NCBI GenBank assembly: GCA_973895155.1
Contig: OZ316893.1
Location: 18,666,857 to 18,730,856, forward strand
Reading direction: 5' to 3'
From: Marsupella aquatica
Lineage: Eukaryota; Plantae; Marchantiophyta
Length of the DNA: 64,000 nt
Shown: one piece after another, positions 59,067-64,000 of the stretch
Numbering within the stretch: the stretch's first letter is position 1
Layout: every line of letters starts with the position of its first letter
Position numbers and translations under genes: made by a program
The notes under the pieces: model-generated
What the model saw: only the letters and a program-made list of their open reading frames with translations
Database searches by the model: none
Told to the model about the DNA's origin: nothing

Positions 59067-60299
59067 AAGAAAGGCAGGGAGCCCGAACGACTACACGTCT
59101 GCATACAGACCCTTTCCTTTCCAGTTCCCTTTCCCTGCTTCTCGTCCTTCGCCTTCCTTCGTACATGGCAGAATGCTGAATGAGAAAGACCGAAAGTGAG
59201 TGAGTTCAACGAAGTTCTGGGGTACGAAGAAAGACAAAGACATCCAACAATCTACTTTGAACTACGAAGGATCAACAATTCAGCGAGTAGACCGTACATT
59301 CAAGATTATGTATTACATGAGCCAAAGTCTACAGTAGCTATGAGTATGCAAAAGGGCGTCTCAAAGCATCCTTGTAACCAAAAGTTATGGGCCACCAGCT
59401 AGACCCAATAATAAAGTCAGCTTACGGGCATGCTTTACGGGGCTTTGCTGGGTAGCGGGATATGTGTTGACCCTATTCTCAAACCACAACTGGGGGTATA
59501 AAAGCCCCCAATTATTGTCCCGCCCGTGCGATTGCTCCATTCCGTATCTGCCCCTGAGGCTCACCTTGTAGTGTGTGCCCTGCCCGTCCCTTCTGCCCTG
59601 CCTGGACTTACAAGAGTTGTCCAGCAGAGTAGTTATAATTATGGATTCCTTGAACATTCCTTTGTGAAAAGACGAAGGGGTGAAAAAAAAGTGCAGGGAA
59701 TATTAGCATGTGGTCCTTTCAAGCTCACATGTCGCCTACTCCATGAAAACTGCAAACGTCACCTCCATCAATCCCTCCAGCCTCCAGCCTCCATGGCGTC
59801 CTTTCAATCGATGTGCATTGCAACATTGGCTTGGGTCTTCACGAATTGCACCTCAGCCATGAGTGACATGATTGTGCATGATTGTAGTCTCGTCTGACTG
59901 CAATCCTCGATATTCACTATGTTAGTTGTTTGTGGTTGCTCTCATCTTCCGTTCTGTCTCGATACGATCAATTGTGTAATGTTAAAGAGGACGCTCATCC
60001 TTTTGGGAACAATATAAAGTATAAAGCAGTGACCATTCTCTACGTGCTCTTGCAATCCCTATGTGATCTTTGATGTTTTGCTTGCTGCTGACTTGATTCA
60101 TTTCAGTTAGTGAAGTAAGGACCGGATTAGCTGCTGTGAAGCAAAGGTGATCAGCTGGGTGTCGACATTGTTCTGCAGGATTGAGCTCTGGCAATCGCCA
60201 CTCTCTTGTTCTAGCCACATATTTTGACATTGGCTTCATTTTTCTCTTCTGCATAAGGGGCCCGAACCCGCGGCCCAGGTAATTCAGGTAGAAAATTAT

Positions 60300-61571
60300 C
60301 GGCCTAGGAAGTGGGCTTCGTTCTTTGTCAAGAAGTTCCACAAAGAGATGGAGCGATGAAGAAAGACCCTATTCCTCGAGGGGAAGGCGTACTTGGCCAG
60401 CCACATAGAGATCATCATGGAGTGGTACACCCATTTTGATCGCCAAACGCTTCCCCGGTGCAATGAGCCCAAACTCATCCCGGCCAGGTGGGTCTTCCCA
60501 GCTCAGGAGAGACGGACCCAACCCGAAGCCCCAAATCTAGTACCCGTGGCCCCCATCTCCGCTCCAACTCTAAAGCCAACCAATGGGGCTTCCTCTTCCT
60601 TGTCGGATACGGCAGTCATTGCGGCCTTGGAGGTACAAAACCAAGCTTGGGCAACTGCCTCAGACAGCCCCATGGTATCTGACCCCGAGTCGAAAGCCCC
60701 TCGCCGTGGAGGAGACTCCAGCATCCCCCACGCCAGCCCCAATAGATCCCTCCCCCGCAACGGATCCATCTCTCCCTATCCTCATCACCCCAGAACTGGA
60801 CTTGTCTACTCCCACCCCAACCCAAATAAAGGGAGGTCCTTGCCCAAACCCTAGCAGGCATAACCTGGTGAACCCAGAATTCTTTGGTCCGGTACATATT
60901 TGAATGGGTTGCTTGGTGACTTCTCCGTGGAAGTCAATCAAGATATGGGGTGGTTTATGGGCCGCAAGGTGGCTTACTTCCTCAAACCAAGAACTGGTTG
61001 GAGCACTAAAGGCACGACATGCCTAGTCCAAAGCCGTAAAGAGAATAGAGTTGTATCGGGGTGAGGCAACCCAACTATTAAACAAAGCCTCAGCCCAAGA
61101 GACCAAGCTACAACTTCTTTGGCCCCAACTTGCGATTGCCTTGGACCAGATCATCAAAGCCAAAGCCAAGACAGCCTTGGCTGCACAAGCCCGAGCCGGA
61201 AAGGATGTAGAGATCACGAGGCTTTGGACTCAGATTGATAGCTTGAAGGGACAAGCTATCACTTGGCAGAAGGACCTAGAGGAGGCCAAAGCTCAGGCCC
61301 AAAAAGATGAAGTGGAGGTTCACGCCCTGAAGGCAGAGGTGGCATGGCTTCTACAAGAAGCCATGAAGCAGGACCAACTAGTGGCACAGCTGACGAGCAA
61401 CACCCAACACTTGGAGGAGTCGTGCTAGGATGTCGTGGAGGAGACAGACGTGGCAAAGAGAGATGACGAGTCTCTCCTAGATCAAGTCCAACTACTCAAG
61501 CAGGACGTAGACTGTTTGATGAGGCAGCAGGACGGCCGTTCCATGTCCAACTCGGGTGGGTTTGGCAAATG
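60300..61571 (+). pseudogene. Fragment of the same gypsy accessory ORF family (domain end, Pro-rich linker, coiled coil)
   Basis: KWASFFVKKFHKEMER*RKTLFLEGKAYLASHIEIIMEWY matches NWAQFFYQRFSGELKR...GGKTYLGSHIAIILAWY at ~4178-4297. Cut by the Copia-2 LTR. Confidence 0.75.
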
Positions 61572-62874
61572 TGTCAGAAATTAGCAACAGGGTAGGTTTA
61601 GAGTAGAAACAGGAGTAGACAGGGAGGTCGGTCGCTGGAGACAAACGCATAAACTAGTTAGCATAGATGACAATCGCAACGGCAAGCCCATGAACCATCC
61701 AACGCACAAGAGTTGACACAGAGAGATACGTGGTTCACCTCCACATGAGTCTACATCCATGGGAACACACAAGAGCTTTATTGCACTCTAGGCCGACCGG
61801 CCATACCAAACATCCACAGCGCAAGCTCTCCCTATCTCTCAACTGGCTCCATAACAATGAGCTTGAGTTCCCACTCTCCAAGCAAACACCGCTTGGGTAT
61901 AGAGTGTGCACAACATGACTAACCTAACCAAGTCTGTGACTAGGTTAGCCTTAAGTATAGTACAGTCGTTACTCTAGACCTAAGAGTAAATCCTAACAAT
62001 CTCCCCCTAGACTCTAGTCTAGGAGAGGGTAAAGATTGCTACCAATATGATTGCTCAGCGGGATCAAAGTTCTAGAAAAAAAGACCAAACCGGTTTTTCC
62101 CTCTTTATACAAGAGTAGACCAAAACTAAGCCGTAGCCTACACAAGGAATGAGAAAGAGAATATCTCAATATCTACACAAATGTTAAGTAACCCTACTTG
62201 TGAGGCAATTGCAAGACCTGCAACGCATCATGGTGTCTAGAAAAAGTCCCCAAAGGAATCACTTTGGTAAAAGCGTCAGTCAAGTTGAGTTTACCATCAA
62301 TCTTGACTAGCTCAAACATATTATCAGACACAACCTGCCTGATAAAATGGTACCTAACATCAATGTGCTTCATTCTGCTGTCCATCACCTGGTTCACAAC
62401 AAGGTGGAGCGCACTCTGACTATCACAATGAAGCTTCACATTCCCATGTGGCAATCCCATCTCAGTGATCAGTCTATCCAACCAAATCGCTTTCTTAGCT
62501 GCTTCCGCTACTACAACATACTCCACTTCTGTAGTAGACTGAGCAATACACTTTTGCAAAGTAGACCTCCAACTTATGCATCCACCGCCAAGTGTGAACA
62601 CATAACCTGTTGTTGACCTCCTCCAATCCAGATCCTATGCATAGTCAGCATCTACATAGCCCATCAATGATCTAGCATTATCAGCATGTGCATCAAACAA
62701 TAGACCATGATCCATGATACCTTTCAAGTACCAAATAATCCACTTCACTGCTTCCCAATGTACCTTCCCTGGATTTGACATGTACCTATTCACCTTGCCC
62801 ATAGCCGTGGCAAGTTCAGGTCTAGTGCAAGTCATCAAATACATGAGACTCCCCACTGCCTTGTCATAAGGAAT
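61572..62874 (-). mobile_element. 3' end of a second Ty1/copia element (RT end, RNase H, PPT, 3' LTR 61572-61998)
   Basis: PYDKAVGSLMYLMTCTRP, GYVDAD, AQSTTEVEY, KHIDVRYHF. PPT complement ATCTCCCCCT at 61999. LTR TGTTAGGA...TCTGACA on the minus strand. Confidence 0.93.
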
Positions 62875-64000
62875 CACTAGTAGAAACCGGGGTAATTTAG
62901 ACCATACCTTATAGGACTAAGCCCACTAAGTCCTTCTTCCATACTTTAAATGACTTGCACCCATTGCCAAGGTTTTGTTAAAGACTATAAAAGACTTTGA
63001 GTGTTTTCCGGTTTAGTTAAAGACTATGAAAAGTAACCTTGCTACTTTGTGAAGGGTGAACACTCTAGGACATCATGGGTTTTGTTCTTGGAATCACTCT
63101 AAAGGTCCACACAAAGACTAGTATAAGACAAAGTCTTCCAAGGGTTCATGATAAGAGTATACTTAAGAAGGACCGGGTCCTACTTTGGGCCTAAGTGCTT
63201 AAGGACATGCCTTGTATATATCACCAACCTTAACTAACATTGCACCATAAATATCCATGTAACGGGTACTTTTCATAACTTAGGGTACAACTGTACTGGA
63301 GGGCTTAGGGTGGTTTCTAACCAGAACCGGAACTAATGCATCACTATAACCCTAGCTAGGTACAACTCCCACACCATGATATATTCCGCATTGCCAACTA
63401 GTGTTGTTTTGACAGGGTCATGGGCACTAATTGACACAATGAACAGTCCACAACTTGATTGATTTGAGTGTAAATGATGGTGCCTTTTGATCCAAGATTA
63501 ATTCCACAAGGGGGGGGGGAGGGTTAGGGGGGCCCACAACTAATTAAGTGGCCATGACTTTGTCACCAAAGGGATTTATTTAAAGTTATCCTTAACCCTC
63601 TTTAGTTTTGTGTGTTGCCTAACACTCTGGCGCAAACGTACTTATTATGCTCAACGGGTCACCTCAACGGAAACGAGCTTACATGACTGCTTGCACTAAG
63701 TATTGGGTTAGGGTGAGTGTGCTTTGGTCATCAGGTGATTATTGGGTTTTTGTGAAGGGAACTATCGAGTACTTGCGCCCATGTGTTCGGGCCCCATTGT
63801 GCGACAGAACATTGTGCTTTGCTTCTATGAGTGGAGCATACGAGTAGGGTTTAGGGTTAACATTTTGCGAGGGAAGCTGGGAGGCGATTGTAGTCAATTG
63901 TTGCCATCCACTCCTGCGAGCGCTTTTGACAGTTCTACCTGCATGCCCCTTACAATTGTTTGGACAAAGGAGTTCAGCAAGTGGTTTGCGCTGGTTTGGG
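62875..64000. mobile_element. Terminus of a second CACTA element inserted in Copia-2 RT (continues beyond the window)
   Basis: CACTAGTAGAAACCGGG begins exactly where the copia RT frame stops, followed by repeated AAGACT/AGTC subterminal motifs. The other end is not visible. Confidence 0.8.

Noticed and set aside
58168-59209. ORFs of 100-211 aa on both strands near the host gene start
   Set aside because: Low-complexity, mostly antisense frames over the 5' leader, first exon and microsatellite, with no recognisable domain.

Overview
Nuclear DNA of a land plant, probably a non-seed lineage (bryophyte, lycophyte or fern; inferred from the ndhB fragment and the TE repertoire). About 85% of the window is nested transposable elements whose ends and target-site duplications (TSDs) can mostly be read directly. 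An L1 LINE 3' end sits inside a non-chromoviral Ty3/gypsy integrase. A 24-kb CACTA element (6787-30768) splits the 3' LTR of a Tnt1-like Ty1/copia element, which itself interrupts a gypsy gag. Also present: four TG...CA solo-LTR-like units with 5-bp TSDs, three copies of a ~300-bp non-autonomous DNA element, further L1 and RTEX-like LINE relics, a plastid ndhB fragment, one intact four-exon host gene (UBTD-type ubiquitin-binding protein), and a second copia interrupted by a second CACTA. Two observations stand out. (1) The CACTA carries an uninterrupted, intronless ORF for an EDM2-like triple PHD-finger module just upstream of its transposase, a candidate captured heterochromatin reader or anti-silencing factor. 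(2) Two solo-LTR-like units (4.0 and 4.8 kb) each contain a long protein gene inside the LTR. These genes share a domain with an accessory ORF that lies before the polypurine tract (PPT) in a related gypsy element. All protein family assignments are from motif recognition by eye, without database searches.
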